From Actinomycetota bacterium (lineage in GTDB: Bacteria > Actinomycetota > Actinomycetes > S36-B12), in NCBI GenBank assembly GCA_009699015.1, contig WLOY01000001.1, positions 414-64,413 on the forward strand: a DNA stretch of 64,000 nt, written 5' to 3'. This document shows positions 19,026-27,539 of this stretch, piece after piece. The position numbers and the translations under genes are program-made. The notes beneath the pieces were generated by a model. It saw nothing but the letters and a program-made list of their open reading frames with translations, searched no databases and had not been told where the DNA came from. Position 1 is the first letter of the stretch; every line of letters starts with the position of its first letter.

Positions 19026-20467
19026 GACGGCAGATCCATTTCCCTTGACGATGCTGATGGAATATCCGGACGTGCCCAAGTCGCGGCACCCGAGCCCGCA
19101 ACACGACCGAAGACGAAGGCACTGGTAATCGAGTTTCCACTACCGACATAGACGTCGCCGACAACTCCCCCGGTGCACTCCCCTGCAGCGAATAGCCCCG
19201 GAACGGCAGCGCCCGAATCGGCAAGCACCCGCGCCTGCGAGTCGATTCGCAACCCCACCGCCGTCAGTGCGACATGCGCCATGCGGAGTTCGGTGGCGTA
19301 GAAGGGTGGCGTCTGGACCTTCCGCAGGACATCTGCACGCTTGCGGTAGTGACTGTCCTGCCCGGCAGTTACGTCGTGGTTGTATTCCTCAATCGTCCCA
19401 AGGAGCCGCTGTTCCGGGACTCCCATCAGGGCCGCCAGTTGCTCAAGGGAATCCGCCTTCAGCACTCTTCCTCGCTCGACCATCTCATCGAGCATCGCCT
19501 TCACCCACTTCTGCGCACGCCCGTCTCGTTTCCCCACCGAGACCTTCTTCGTAGCTTCGACGGTGTCAGGCGAAGACGAGTTCTTTGACTCCTCGTCGAA
19601 TACAGCAAAGACCGGGGCGCGCTGGCCCTCCAAGATGGGCTGAGTAACGCTGTAGGACGACGTCTCATCGTAAAAGCGTCGGCCCTCACCATTGACGATG
19701 ACGAGCCAACCGGGCAGGTACCCACCCTCAAGTACGTTTCCAAAATTTGGGGTAATCAACCGGGTCGCGCGACCCCCGCCTACAACTTGGGCGTCAACCT
19801 GCGCTCCAAGTTCGAACGCGCTCCCATCAGACGTTGCTGCACCGATGTACCAGTACCAGTCCTCATTCGCGAGTAAAGGCAGGTGCTTGCTCACCAACTC
19901 ACGGTTCGCTGCGAACCCGCCCGTCGCCATGACGACAGCTCCAACCGACAGTGTGTCTGCGCCTACGGCTAGGCCTACCACTTCGCCGTCTGCGACAAGC
20001 AACCTGTCAACCTTCATCCCCAACGCGAATTCAACGCCAATTCGCTTGGCCTCGCTCACGAGCGTCTGACTCACGGCCATCCCCTCACCCACCGTGATGT
20101 GCATACGCGCGGCGCGTTCTTCACCTGAGGTCATGACCCTGGAGTCGAAGGCCACCCCGATGTCCTGCAACCAGTCGATCGTCGCGCCCGATCGCTCACA
20201 GAGCGTCCGGATGACCGACGGCTCAAGCCGAAAGCGATTGAGCCCCATGTAGAAGCGGTACATGTCCTCGGGATCGTCCTCGATGCCAGCCTCTCGCTGC
20301 AAACGAGTGCAGGCTCCCATGAGCTTGCCTCCTGAGAGTCGGCTGGACCCCCCTAGCTCACCTGAACCCTCAAGAACGATGACTGATGCACCCTCAGCAC
20401 GCGCCGTGATTGCCGCGGTCAGCCCAGCGAATCCTGAGCCGATGACCGCAACGTCGAAGTCGGTCAT
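19022..20467 (-). CDS. FAD-dependent oxidoreductase, KstD/fumarate-reductase flavoprotein-like
   Basis: MTDFDVAVIGSGFAGLTAA dinucleotide fold, GELGGSS, and C-terminal GLFAAGECTGG. Start 20467 overlaps the upstream stop. Confidence 0.8.
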   Translation of the reverse strand: MTDFDVAVIGSGFAGLTAAITARAEGASVIVLEGSGELGGSSRLSGGKLMGACTRLQREAGIEDDPEDMYRFYMGLNRFRLEPSVIRTLCERSGATIDWLQDIGVAFDSRVMTSGEERAARMHITVGEGMAVSQTLVSEAKRIGVEFALGMKVDRLLVADGEVVGLAVGADTLSVGAVVMATGGFAANRELVSKHLPLLANEDWYWYIGAATSDGSAFELGAQVDAQVVGGGRATRLITPNFGNVLEGGYLPGWLVIVNGEGRRFYDETSSYSVTQPILEGQRAPVFAVFDEESKNSSSPDTVEATKKVSVGKRDGRAQKWVKAMLDEMVERGRVLKADSLEQLAALMGVPEQRLLGTIEEYNHDVTAGQDSHYRKRADVLRKVQTPPFYATELRMAHVALTAVGLRIDSQARVLADSGAAVPGLFAAGECTGGVVGDVYVGSGNSITSAFVFGRVAGSGAATWARPDIPSASSREMDLPS

Positions 20468-22359
20468 GACACTGCGCCGGTCAAGCGCGCACTCAGCAGA
20501 CGGGCGGCCCAAGAGTTGTCCCCGTCCGCGACAATCCCCGCCCACGGGCCGCCGGACGGGCGAAAGTCGATACCCGCAAGATTTCGAGGCAGGGTTATGA
20601 ACACTTCGGTGTCAGGGTCGGCTACCTCGAAGACACGATCGCAGGTGCGACTCAGCAGCGCCGCTGAATCAGCCCCCTCCCATGCCACATTGATCAACAC
20701 GGCCCTTGAGCCCTCACGGACGTCCTCCGGCACCGTGACCACGTGCAAATCTGCCCGAGGTGCAGCCAGCAGTGGAACCTGCCCCCTCTCGTCGCACCAG
20801 GCGAGGATGCGCGAAACCCACTCGCTCGCCACGGGGGCAGAAAACTCAGCGGCGCCGAGAAGGACGCGTCCGTCATCGCCCGACACGGTAATGAGGTCAC
20901 CCTCGTGGATAACCGCCCCAGACGCAAAGGAAACGGAGCGTTCCTCATGATGAATGGTCATCCCTGTCACTCCGCAGGAAGCCGGCTTGCCCATCCCTCG
21001 CGCAACGACGGCGGCATGACTCGCTCGTCCACCGAGGGCAGTGACGATGCCGGACGATGCGATCATGCCGCTGATGTCCTGCGGTGAGGTCGTGGGACAG
21101 ATGAGCACCGGCACAATGCCCTGCTCTGCCAATTCCTCAGCACGCGAGGAATCCAGGACGGCGCAACCGACCGCCGTCCCGGGAGATGCCGGAACACCCA
21201 CCCCGAGTTCGGTCAACCCCGCGAACGTCTCGCACACGGGCGCCTGCAGCATCTCAAGAGCGCTGAGCGACACTCGATCAAGCGCGGCCTCAACATCGAT
21301 CATGCCCTGATCAACGAGATCGACAGCTATACGTGCTGCCGCTGCAGGGCTCCGTTGACCCACCCTCGCCTGCAAAATCCAAAGCTTGCCATGTTGGATC
21401 GTGAACTCGACGTCACACATGTCCGTGTACTCATGCTCCAACTTGGTCAGGGCATCTTGGAGCGCCTCCCAGACCTCGGATGACTCGCGCCGCAACGAAT
21501 CGATCGACTCGGGAATCTGGGAACCATTCACGACGTCTTCGCCCTGCGCACAGCGCATGAAATCACCGTAGGCCGCTGGGTGACCGGTCGCGGGATCTCG
21601 GGTGAACACCACTCCGGTGCCCGAGTCATTATCAAGATTTCCGAACACCATTGCCTGCACCGTTACCGCAGTACCGAGGTCATCTGGGATTCCTCGGTAC
21701 TTCCGGTAGCGCTGGGCTCGTGGGCGATCCCACGAGCGCCAGACCGCCTCGATGGATTCGCGCACCTGACCCACGGCCTTCTGAGGGAATGGCGGTCCAT
21801 GCTGCTCGATGGCGTCCTTCCACAACTGGACACTTTCCGTATCGTCGGCGTGCTCAGCCCGCGAGTGCGCTCGGGCGAGCACGTCCGCCGGGAGTTCGCG
21901 TACGACCTCGGCGAAGGATGCCAGGAGACGGATATACGACTGCCAGGCGAAACGATCCGAGGTCCTCGCGGCCACGCCCACCACCACGTCGTCACTCATC
22001 CCGACATTGAGGACGGTATCCATCATCCCGGGCATCGACTGGGACGCACCCGATCGCACCGAGAGCAGGAGCGGATTATCAGGGTTGTCCAATTCCTTGT
22101 TGAGTCGTGCAGCCAGTTGAACGAGATGGAGGGTGATCTCGTCGCCCAGCACATCCGGGAGAACCGGCTCCTTCGTCGCGAATGCCTTCCATGCCTCGGT
22201 GGTGATGGTGAAGCCGGGAGGAACCGGAAGCCCGAGGGTCCCAGTCATCCTCGCCAGACTCGCCCCCTTGCCGCCAAGGTACATACGGTCGCTCAGGGGC
22301 GACTCGAACGTGTGAAGGTACTGCGGCGCAGTTCGGTCAGTCCTTGATTCGTCAGGCAT
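20464..22359 (-). CDS. PPDK/PEP-synthase-like protein: ATP-grasp N-domain + phosphohistidine swivel domain, no PEP/pyruvate barrel
   Basis: LGGKGASLARMTGTLGLPVPPGFTITTEA (PPDK N-terminus) and GGRASHAAVVARGMGKP (phosphohistidine motif). The last ~135 aa have none of the RTEHMF, GTNDL or CGE barrel motifs. The ATG at 22359 overlaps the LLM stop by 8 nt. Confidence 0.8.
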   Translation of the reverse strand: MPDESRTDRTAPQYLHTFESPLSDRMYLGGKGASLARMTGTLGLPVPPGFTITTEAWKAFATKEPVLPDVLGDEITLHLVQLAARLNKELDNPDNPLLLSVRSGASQSMPGMMDTVLNVGMSDDVVVGVAARTSDRFAWQSYIRLLASFAEVVRELPADVLARAHSRAEHADDTESVQLWKDAIEQHGPPFPQKAVGQVRESIEAVWRSWDRPRAQRYRKYRGIPDDLGTAVTVQAMVFGNLDNDSGTGVVFTRDPATGHPAAYGDFMRCAQGEDVVNGSQIPESIDSLRRESSEVWEALQDALTKLEHEYTDMCDVEFTIQHGKLWILQARVGQRSPAAAARIAVDLVDQGMIDVEAALDRVSLSALEMLQAPVCETFAGLTELGVGVPASPGTAVGCAVLDSSRAEELAEQGIVPVLICPTTSPQDISGMIASSGIVTALGGRASHAAVVARGMGKPASCGVTGMTIHHEERSVSFASGAVIHEGDLITVSGDDGRVLLGAAEFSAPVASEWVSRILAWCDERGQVPLLAAPRADLHVVTVPEDVREGSRAVLINVAWEGADSAALLSRTCDRVFEVADPDTEVFITLPRNLAGIDFRPSGGPWAGIVADGDNSWAARLLSARLTGAVS

Positions 22360-23350
22360 TCTCGGCTTCCATCTCGCGGATGAACGGCAGTACCCTCTCG
22401 GCAAAAAGGTTGAGGCTCGCCCAACCCACCTCCGGATCCAAGCCAGCGACCAGAGGATGAAGGGTGATAATCGTGTCTGGCGAGTACCCCTGCACGAGCT
22501 CAATTGCCTCGTCGGGCGTCACCACCAAGTACCGACCACCTGTTCGCAACTCCTCGATCGTTGGCGGGGTAACCCCCGCCGGTCCCGACATCGGCGTGTC
22601 GGTACTCGACCAACGTGCGTAATTGCCCGCCTCCAGCAGGAAGTGAGGGGCGAGGACCTCCCACGCAGAGTCAACGTCATCGGTCACATGAATGAGATGA
22701 GGACCGCCGCGCGAGTACTCCTTCGCCCTCGGTAATCCATTGGCGAGCCGCTCCTCTTGGAACACCTCGTATGCAGCCGCATTGAGCGGGAAGTACTCCA
22801 TCCCCAGTCGCACCGCACGCTTGGCAGCAGCTCCAGACGAGCCGCCAAGGATGAGTGGCGGACCACCCGGTGTCATCGGGCGCGGTGTCACGCGAAGGGT
22901 TCGACCTTGGTACTCAAACTCTTCGCCAATCCACGCCTGACGAAGAAGCCGCACTCCTTCCTCCATAAGCTGGCCTCGCTTGCTTCGGTCAACGCCGAAC
23001 ATCTCGAACTCGGCAGCGTTGTAGCCCGCAGCGACAACAACATCGAGCCGACCGCCGCTGAGGATGTCGAGGACAGCCAAGTCCTCCGCGACCATGATCG
23101 GATCGTGGAGCGGTAGAAGAACGGCCGACAGGTTGATGGTGATGCGCGAGGTGACCGCTGCAACCGCCGAGCCCAGAACCATGATCGATGGGCACCAGTT
23201 GTCCTCGGTGCCGTGGTGCTCCCCGATGCGGATCGCATCGAGCCCTTGATCGTCGGCCCAACGTGCCATCTGCAGACCCGCCGAGTAAACCTCTGATAGT
23301 GGCTTACCCCAATTCGGACTCTGCAGGTTGAGCCTCATATCGACGCGCAT
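22352..23350 (-). CDS. luciferase-like (LLM class) flavin/F420-dependent oxidoreductase
   Basis: 332 aa. IGEHHG and LLPLHDPIMVAEDLAVLDILSGGRLDVVVAAGY. Paralog of 11629-12681. Confidence 0.85.
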   Translation of the reverse strand: MRVDMRLNLQSPNWGKPLSEVYSAGLQMARWADDQGLDAIRIGEHHGTEDNWCPSIMVLGSAVAAVTSRITINLSAVLLPLHDPIMVAEDLAVLDILSGGRLDVVVAAGYNAAEFEMFGVDRSKRGQLMEEGVRLLRQAWIGEEFEYQGRTLRVTPRPMTPGGPPLILGGSSGAAAKRAVRLGMEYFPLNAAAYEVFQEERLANGLPRAKEYSRGGPHLIHVTDDVDSAWEVLAPHFLLEAGNYARWSSTDTPMSGPAGVTPPTIEELRTGGRYLVVTPDEAIELVQGYSPDTIITLHPLVAGLDPEVGWASLNLFAERVLPFIREMEAENA

Positions 23351-23414
23351 GACTAAACTCCCTCATTCATACGTTGGCAGCCGAGAAGCGGTAAGGCGCA
23401 GGTTGAAACGACGG

Positions 23415-25061
23415 TCAATGACCGGCACGGCGCCTTGCTGCCGCTTCCGCCCAGGTCGACTCTCCCGCCTCCTTGCGGATGCGATCAATGTCCGCCCGCA
23501 CGATGACCGATCCTCGACCCTTGAGAAGACGTGAGTACTCCTGCGTGTATCGGTACATGGCATCGACATCCGGATCCTGATACCCGTACTTCACTGATGC
23601 GTCGTCGAAATTGCGCCACGGTGCAGCCAGCAAGGGAGACGTGTAGCTGCGTGCCTTGGCATTGAGCTCATCCTCCGTCAGTCCGCCATCCAGGAATTGG
23701 TAGGTGCTCGACTTACGAGGGAGCTCAGAGCGACTTGATGACTCTCCATCACTGGCACGACGGGTGTAGTCATGATCGTTGAGCACATATGCCGGCACGA
23801 GTTGCGCGACACGACCAGCCTTCGGCAGGGACATGTTCGCCCCTGCCTTCCATGAACGGTAACTGTACGGATGGATGTAGTACTCACCCGCTGCACCATG
23901 GAGACCGTCAAAGGCGACGTAGTCACTCATGAAGGATGCGGTTCCGTACTCTTCGTTGAACACCGGCCACAGTCGTCGCACCCGGTCGTCGATGCCCTCC
24001 CACTCCGCCTGATCCCAGGTTCCGGACATGAACGAAACATCTGACAAGGCGTACACGTAGGCGAGGATTCCCGCCTCGGTCATCTCGTCGAAGTTCATCG
24101 CTGCAAAGCGTCGGTGCAGGGGAGTTATAGCCGCCTTCACCACATCTGCGATCTCATTGAGCGTCCGGATGAGTTCAGCCTTGCTGCTCATGCCGACCGG
24201 GATGAGTCGGTCGGTGAAGATGTCGGATGTGTACAGGCCGACTCCGATGACGTGCTGTTGGTAGGTCTCCGGCACGGTGTAGGCGCTGCCGAAATCCGTC
24301 ACCTCGATGCGCACATCGTCAGTAATGAGGGAGAGCGTTAGGTTCTGGTAGGGGATGTCCGCTGCCACGCCATCCATCCACGGCAGGCCACTTTCACCCA
24401 GAGTCAGGAAGTTCCGCACGTGAAGCATGCGCTGGTCGCCCAAGTTATAGGGACCATTTGCATCCATGCCCACGCGACTTTCGCAGTAGACGAGGAAGCT
24501 GTACTGGCTCGTCACGGCGCTGAATCGAGCCACCGCCGCCCGCAGTTCATCGTCGACCTCGTAGGCATCGGCCTCGAGAACTTGAAGGACTCGCTCGTCG
24601 AGCACCTGAGACATGTCGCCCGCAGCGTTCGTCCAGATGTGACCCTCGTTGCGTCGGTAGGTCGACATGACTCGCTCGTGCCAGTCGATGACGTACCAGA
24701 GGTCCTCAAGATTGTCCTCTGGTCGCAGGACTCCAAGCTTGATGAGCTCGACCCGCCCCTGGAGGTACAGCAATTGACCACCCATATTCGCGGCCAAAGT
24801 TCCGAGTTGAATGCTCGAGTTGCGCATCCGATGGCCTACGTCCTCGGGACTGATGTGCTCAGAGGCTTTGCGGAGAATCCCGGGGTACATGTAATACGCC
24901 TGCATGAAGGACATCATGAAATACGGAAGCATTGGGAATAGCTTAGATTCTTGGGCCGTTCGCGTGAGCAAGTTCGGCACGATGGTGTCGTCATGCTCGG
25001 CCAGAGCCGTGTTGACGAGGTGAAGTTGCGCTTCGCTGATTCGCCACTCGCTCACTGTCAT
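23415..25061 (-). CDS. hypothetical protein, 548 aa, no family recognised
   Basis: Long uninterrupted ORF whose amino-acid composition is unlike the Arg/Pro-rich antisense artefacts. Its ATG at 25061 overlaps the stop of the swivel-domain gene (ATGA). Confidence 0.7.
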   Translation of the reverse strand: MTVSEWRISEAQLHLVNTALAEHDDTIVPNLLTRTAQESKLFPMLPYFMMSFMQAYYMYPGILRKASEHISPEDVGHRMRNSSIQLGTLAANMGGQLLYLQGRVELIKLGVLRPEDNLEDLWYVIDWHERVMSTYRRNEGHIWTNAAGDMSQVLDERVLQVLEADAYEVDDELRAAVARFSAVTSQYSFLVYCESRVGMDANGPYNLGDQRMLHVRNFLTLGESGLPWMDGVAADIPYQNLTLSLITDDVRIEVTDFGSAYTVPETYQQHVIGVGLYTSDIFTDRLIPVGMSSKAELIRTLNEIADVVKAAITPLHRRFAAMNFDEMTEAGILAYVYALSDVSFMSGTWDQAEWEGIDDRVRRLWPVFNEEYGTASFMSDYVAFDGLHGAAGEYYIHPYSYRSWKAGANMSLPKAGRVAQLVPAYVLNDHDYTRRASDGESSSRSELPRKSSTYQFLDGGLTEDELNAKARSYTSPLLAAPWRNFDDASVKYGYQDPDVDAMYRYTQEYSRLLKGRGSVIVRADIDRIRKEAGESTWAEAAARRRAGH

Positions 25062-25792
25062 GCTCCTTCGTTTGCTGGGAGAATGAGGGCCCGTGGCTTG
25101 CGGTCCTCTTCGAGAAATGCCTCAGCGTCCTGCGCCTCGGTCGAGTACTTCACCGTCACTCGTTCGCCATCCACGAGAGGTCGGCTCAGGCGAGATGCCA
25201 TGAGCGTCGGGACCCCAAATTCACGGCCAAGAATGCCAAGGTGACTCCGCACCGTCCCCGCCAGGCAGATAACGGCCTCGAAGTCGGGAAGCAAGGGTGC
25301 CGTAAGCGTGCCGCCGCTGTCATCGATCACCGCAATGGTGCCTTCCGGCACACCATCGTCGATGAGCCGATTCACGTCAGCCACCTTGCGGATCACGAGC
25401 ACGTTTCCGGTGACATCCTCAGTCCGGAATACATTGTCGCCGTCGCCAATCGCCCCCGTCGCGAACTCGGAAGCGTCGTAGTAGGTGTCACCGTCAGAAC
25501 GAAGGACGTACATGTGCGGCTTGTCCAGAACGGAGATCTCGGCCCCCGCATAGAACTTGCGCCCTTGCGACGCCTGAAACTCGGTCAGGATCCCATCGGC
25601 AATCGCCTGCGTCTGCTCCCGAGTGAGGAGTTGTGCCCAATGCTGGCCAACAAGTTCCGACCAGGCGCGACCCGACTTCTCAAGGTTGTCGTTCACCTGG
25701 GAAATCACCTTGCTCCGGGTCATTCCGGTAAGGACGCCGCCTAGCGTGTCCTCGGCGAAGCTCCATTTTGGTTGACCAGTTGCGTACTTCAT
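25058..25792 (-). CDS. PEP-utilising-enzyme mobile (swivel) domain protein
   Basis: 244 aa from MKYATGQ, with GGGAAAGG upstream. The C-terminal half GTIAVIDDSGGTLTAPLLPDFEAVICLAGTVRSHLGILGREFGVPT matches the phosphohistidine swivel domain. Confidence 0.75.
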   Translation of the reverse strand: MKYATGQPKWSFAEDTLGGVLTGMTRSKVISQVNDNLEKSGRAWSELVGQHWAQLLTREQTQAIADGILTEFQASQGRKFYAGAEISVLDKPHMYVLRSDGDTYYDASEFATGAIGDGDNVFRTEDVTGNVLVIRKVADVNRLIDDGVPEGTIAVIDDSGGTLTAPLLPDFEAVICLAGTVRSHLGILGREFGVPTLMASRLSRPLVDGERVTVKYSTEAQDAEAFLEEDRKPRALILPANEGA

Positions 25793-25866
25793 TTCGCGCC
25801 TTTCCCTATTTGCCTTAAGGAATATGTCACGTGAGAACAAGGTAGTCGAGCTTGGCTCGACACCGC

Positions 25867-25906
25867 CTTGTCTGCCCCGCCCTGAAGATTGGGCGAGGCA
25901 GACAAG
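25867..25906 (-). terminator. intrinsic-terminator-like hairpin after the SBP gene
   Basis: CTTGTCTGCCCCGCCC / GGGCGAGGCAGACAAG forms a 16-bp stem (1 mismatch) with an 8-nt loop, 14 nt past the stop at 25920. A second 7-bp hairpin lies at 25845-25861. No U-tract. Confidence 0.6.
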
Positions 25907-25919
25907 ACTGATGAAACTG

Positions 25920-27125
25920 CTACTTGGCGAAGGCTGCTGTCGCCTCTTCCTTGGTGAGAGCACCTGACATGTCCGCACTTGGCGGGAACGTGTTGTCACA
26001 CGCTGGCAGAACGCCCTCGAGGGTGTTGATGTAGGACGGGTACGCGATCAGCGTGTCCCCATCCGTCGGGCCGAGTTCCGGTGCAGCGATCCCCTGGAAC
26101 GCTGCGAACAGCTTGGCCAGGCTAAGCGCATGCAGGTTCTGCGAACCGTCGAGGCTCTGAACCTGGAACTTCGGATCCTTCTTCACGGCCTTGTTAATCT
26201 CGCACACAGTCTCCATGGAGGCAGACTGACCGGTGATCGCCGGGTACGGCACGCCCGCTGCTTCGTACGCGCGCATGATCGCCGGAATCGTGGCGGTGTA
26301 GGTCGAGATGATCCCGTTGATGCTCGGGTCCTTCTGAAGGAGACCGGTCACTGCCTGCTGGGTTGCTGCGGGATCCCAGTTGCCGGCAACCGGCTCGGGG
26401 GTCACAACAGTGATGCCTGAACCCTGATTGGCGATCGCCTTGTTCACTGCTGCGAGCGACGGGACATCAAAGAGGTTTCCGGCCGGACCACCGATGTAGG
26501 CGACCTTGCCAGCGTTGTTCGTGGCCTTGGTCAGCCACTCGACCCACATCTCCGCCTCCTGCTGCATATCGGGGATCACGTTGGCCGTGACATCAGCGGG
26601 AACCTTGGCATCACCGGGAATGGCATTGCCGTTTCCGATGAGCACGCCGGCTGCCTGAGCCTTCTTGAACGCCTCGACCGGCGCCTGTCCGAAGGCATCG
26701 AACGTCTCGATGACATTGGCACCCTGCGCGACAAGGCTGTCTACACCGGCGATGTACTGCTGAACATCGAAGTTCGAATCGACGTAGAGGACGTCGGTAA
26801 CGTTCGGGCACTGAGCAGAAAGCTTCTCCAGGATGGCCTTCTTGCCTACCGCCCAGCCGTTGCCGCCGTATGCATCGAGGATGCCGACGACCATTGGCTT
26901 GGTGCCGCAGTAGTTGGTGATGTCAAAAGGCAACTCACCGAGCATGATTTGTGTGCCGTCTACAGCTGGTGCCGCCGCTTCGCTCGAAGCAGGGGCTGCC
27001 GCCTGGCTCGAAGCTGGAGCCGCAGCCTCGCTCGGTGTTGTCGACGTGGACGACGAGCTACAGGCCGAGGCCAGCAGCAGCAGTCCGACGGCCGGAATTA
27101 TCGCGGCCGCATGCATTTTTCGCAT
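25920..27125 (-). CDS. ABC transporter substrate-binding lipoprotein (CUT2/PBP1 sugar-type)
   Basis: Signal peptide plus lipobox LLLLASAC, then an Ala/Pro/Ser linker and a periplasmic-binding-protein type 1 pattern. AAGGAG RBS. Confidence 0.85.
   Translation of the reverse strand: MRKMHAAAIIPAVGLLLLASACSSSSTSTTPSEAAAPASSQAAAPASSEAAAPAVDGTQIMLGELPFDITNYCGTKPMVVGILDAYGGNGWAVGKKAILEKLSAQCPNVTDVLYVDSNFDVQQYIAGVDSLVAQGANVIETFDAFGQAPVEAFKKAQAAGVLIGNGNAIPGDAKVPADVTANVIPDMQQEAEMWVEWLTKATNNAGKVAYIGGPAGNLFDVPSLAAVNKAIANQGSGITVVTPEPVAGNWDPAATQQAVTGLLQKDPSINGIISTYTATIPAIMRAYEAAGVPYPAITGQSASMETVCEINKAVKKDPKFQVQSLDGSQNLHALSLAKLFAAFQGIAAPELGPTDGDTLIAYPSYINTLEGVLPACDNTFPPSADMSGALTKEEATAAFAK
26965..27035. 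repeat. three tandem 24-nt repeats inside the SBP linker
   Basis: The units gctggtgccgccgcttcgctcgaa / gcaggggctgccgcctggctcgaa / gctggagccgcagcctcgctcgg encode (E/Q)AAAPASS x3 on the minus strand. Confidence 0.8.
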
Positions 27126-27156
27126 TTAATCTCCTTAACTTGGATTGAGTTGAGAC

Positions 27157-27179
27157 CCTGGACACTCGAAGTGTCCAGG
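27157..27179. promoter_or_regulatory. perfect 9-bp inverted repeat CCTGGACAC-N5-GTGTCCAGG in the SBP 5' region
   Basis: Read directly. Lies 32-54 nt upstream of the SBP ATG (27125). Confidence 0.4.
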
Positions 27180-27483
27180 CCGCTTCGTTCCCTGCAACCT
27201 GCCCTTCACTTCGAAAACCAAAGTCAAGATGGCCATGCACGCACTGCATCATCCATGAGGAGGACGAATCGGAACCTACCTGCCGTTTGGTTTGAAATCA
27301 AGAGTTATTCGAAACTTGGAGTAACTTCTTGATAACGACGTGTCGAGCGAACCGTAGATCGACCTAGCGCCTGACCACAGCAATCGTGGGACGACATCGG
27401 GGGGTGCAACTGCCTGAAGGGAGCGTTGTCGCAGATTTCGCATCTGCCTACCTCATCGCCGGTGACTGATTTCCGTGGGGTAC

Positions 27484-27511
27484 TTGACACCGAACGACCG
27501 TTTGGTAAGTT
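27484..27511 (+). promoter_or_regulatory. candidate promoter TTGACA-16 nt-TAAGTT with CGTTTGGT box in the spacer
   Basis: -35 at 27484-27489 and -10 at 27506-27511, about 29 nt upstream of the GTG at 27540, which has a GGAG RBS. Confidence 0.5.
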
Positions 27512-27539
27512 CAAGGCACCACAACATTTGGAGCGGGTA

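Noticed and set aside
20464-22359. Calling this gene ppdK or ppsA (gluconeogenic pyruvate dikinase)
   Set aside because: The PEP/pyruvate-binding barrel, about 340 aa in genuine enzymes, is absent. The gene is translationally coupled to oxidoreductases and a phosphatase.
25793-25999. 5' extensions of several track ORFs, for example 25793-25999, 22360-22503, 20468-20545, 45524-45637, 8381-8566, 9577-9660 and 10595-10654
   Set aside because: The extensions are Arg/Pro/Ser/Gly-rich or low-complexity and overlap the upstream gene or its terminator. Family alignment, RBS placement and ATGA-type coupling all support the internal starts I report.
27305-27514. 69-aa minus-strand ORF inside the long intergenic region
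   Set aside because: It has no RBS, a Cys/Arg/Ser-rich composition, and it overlaps the predicted plus-strand promoter. Most likely non-coding.
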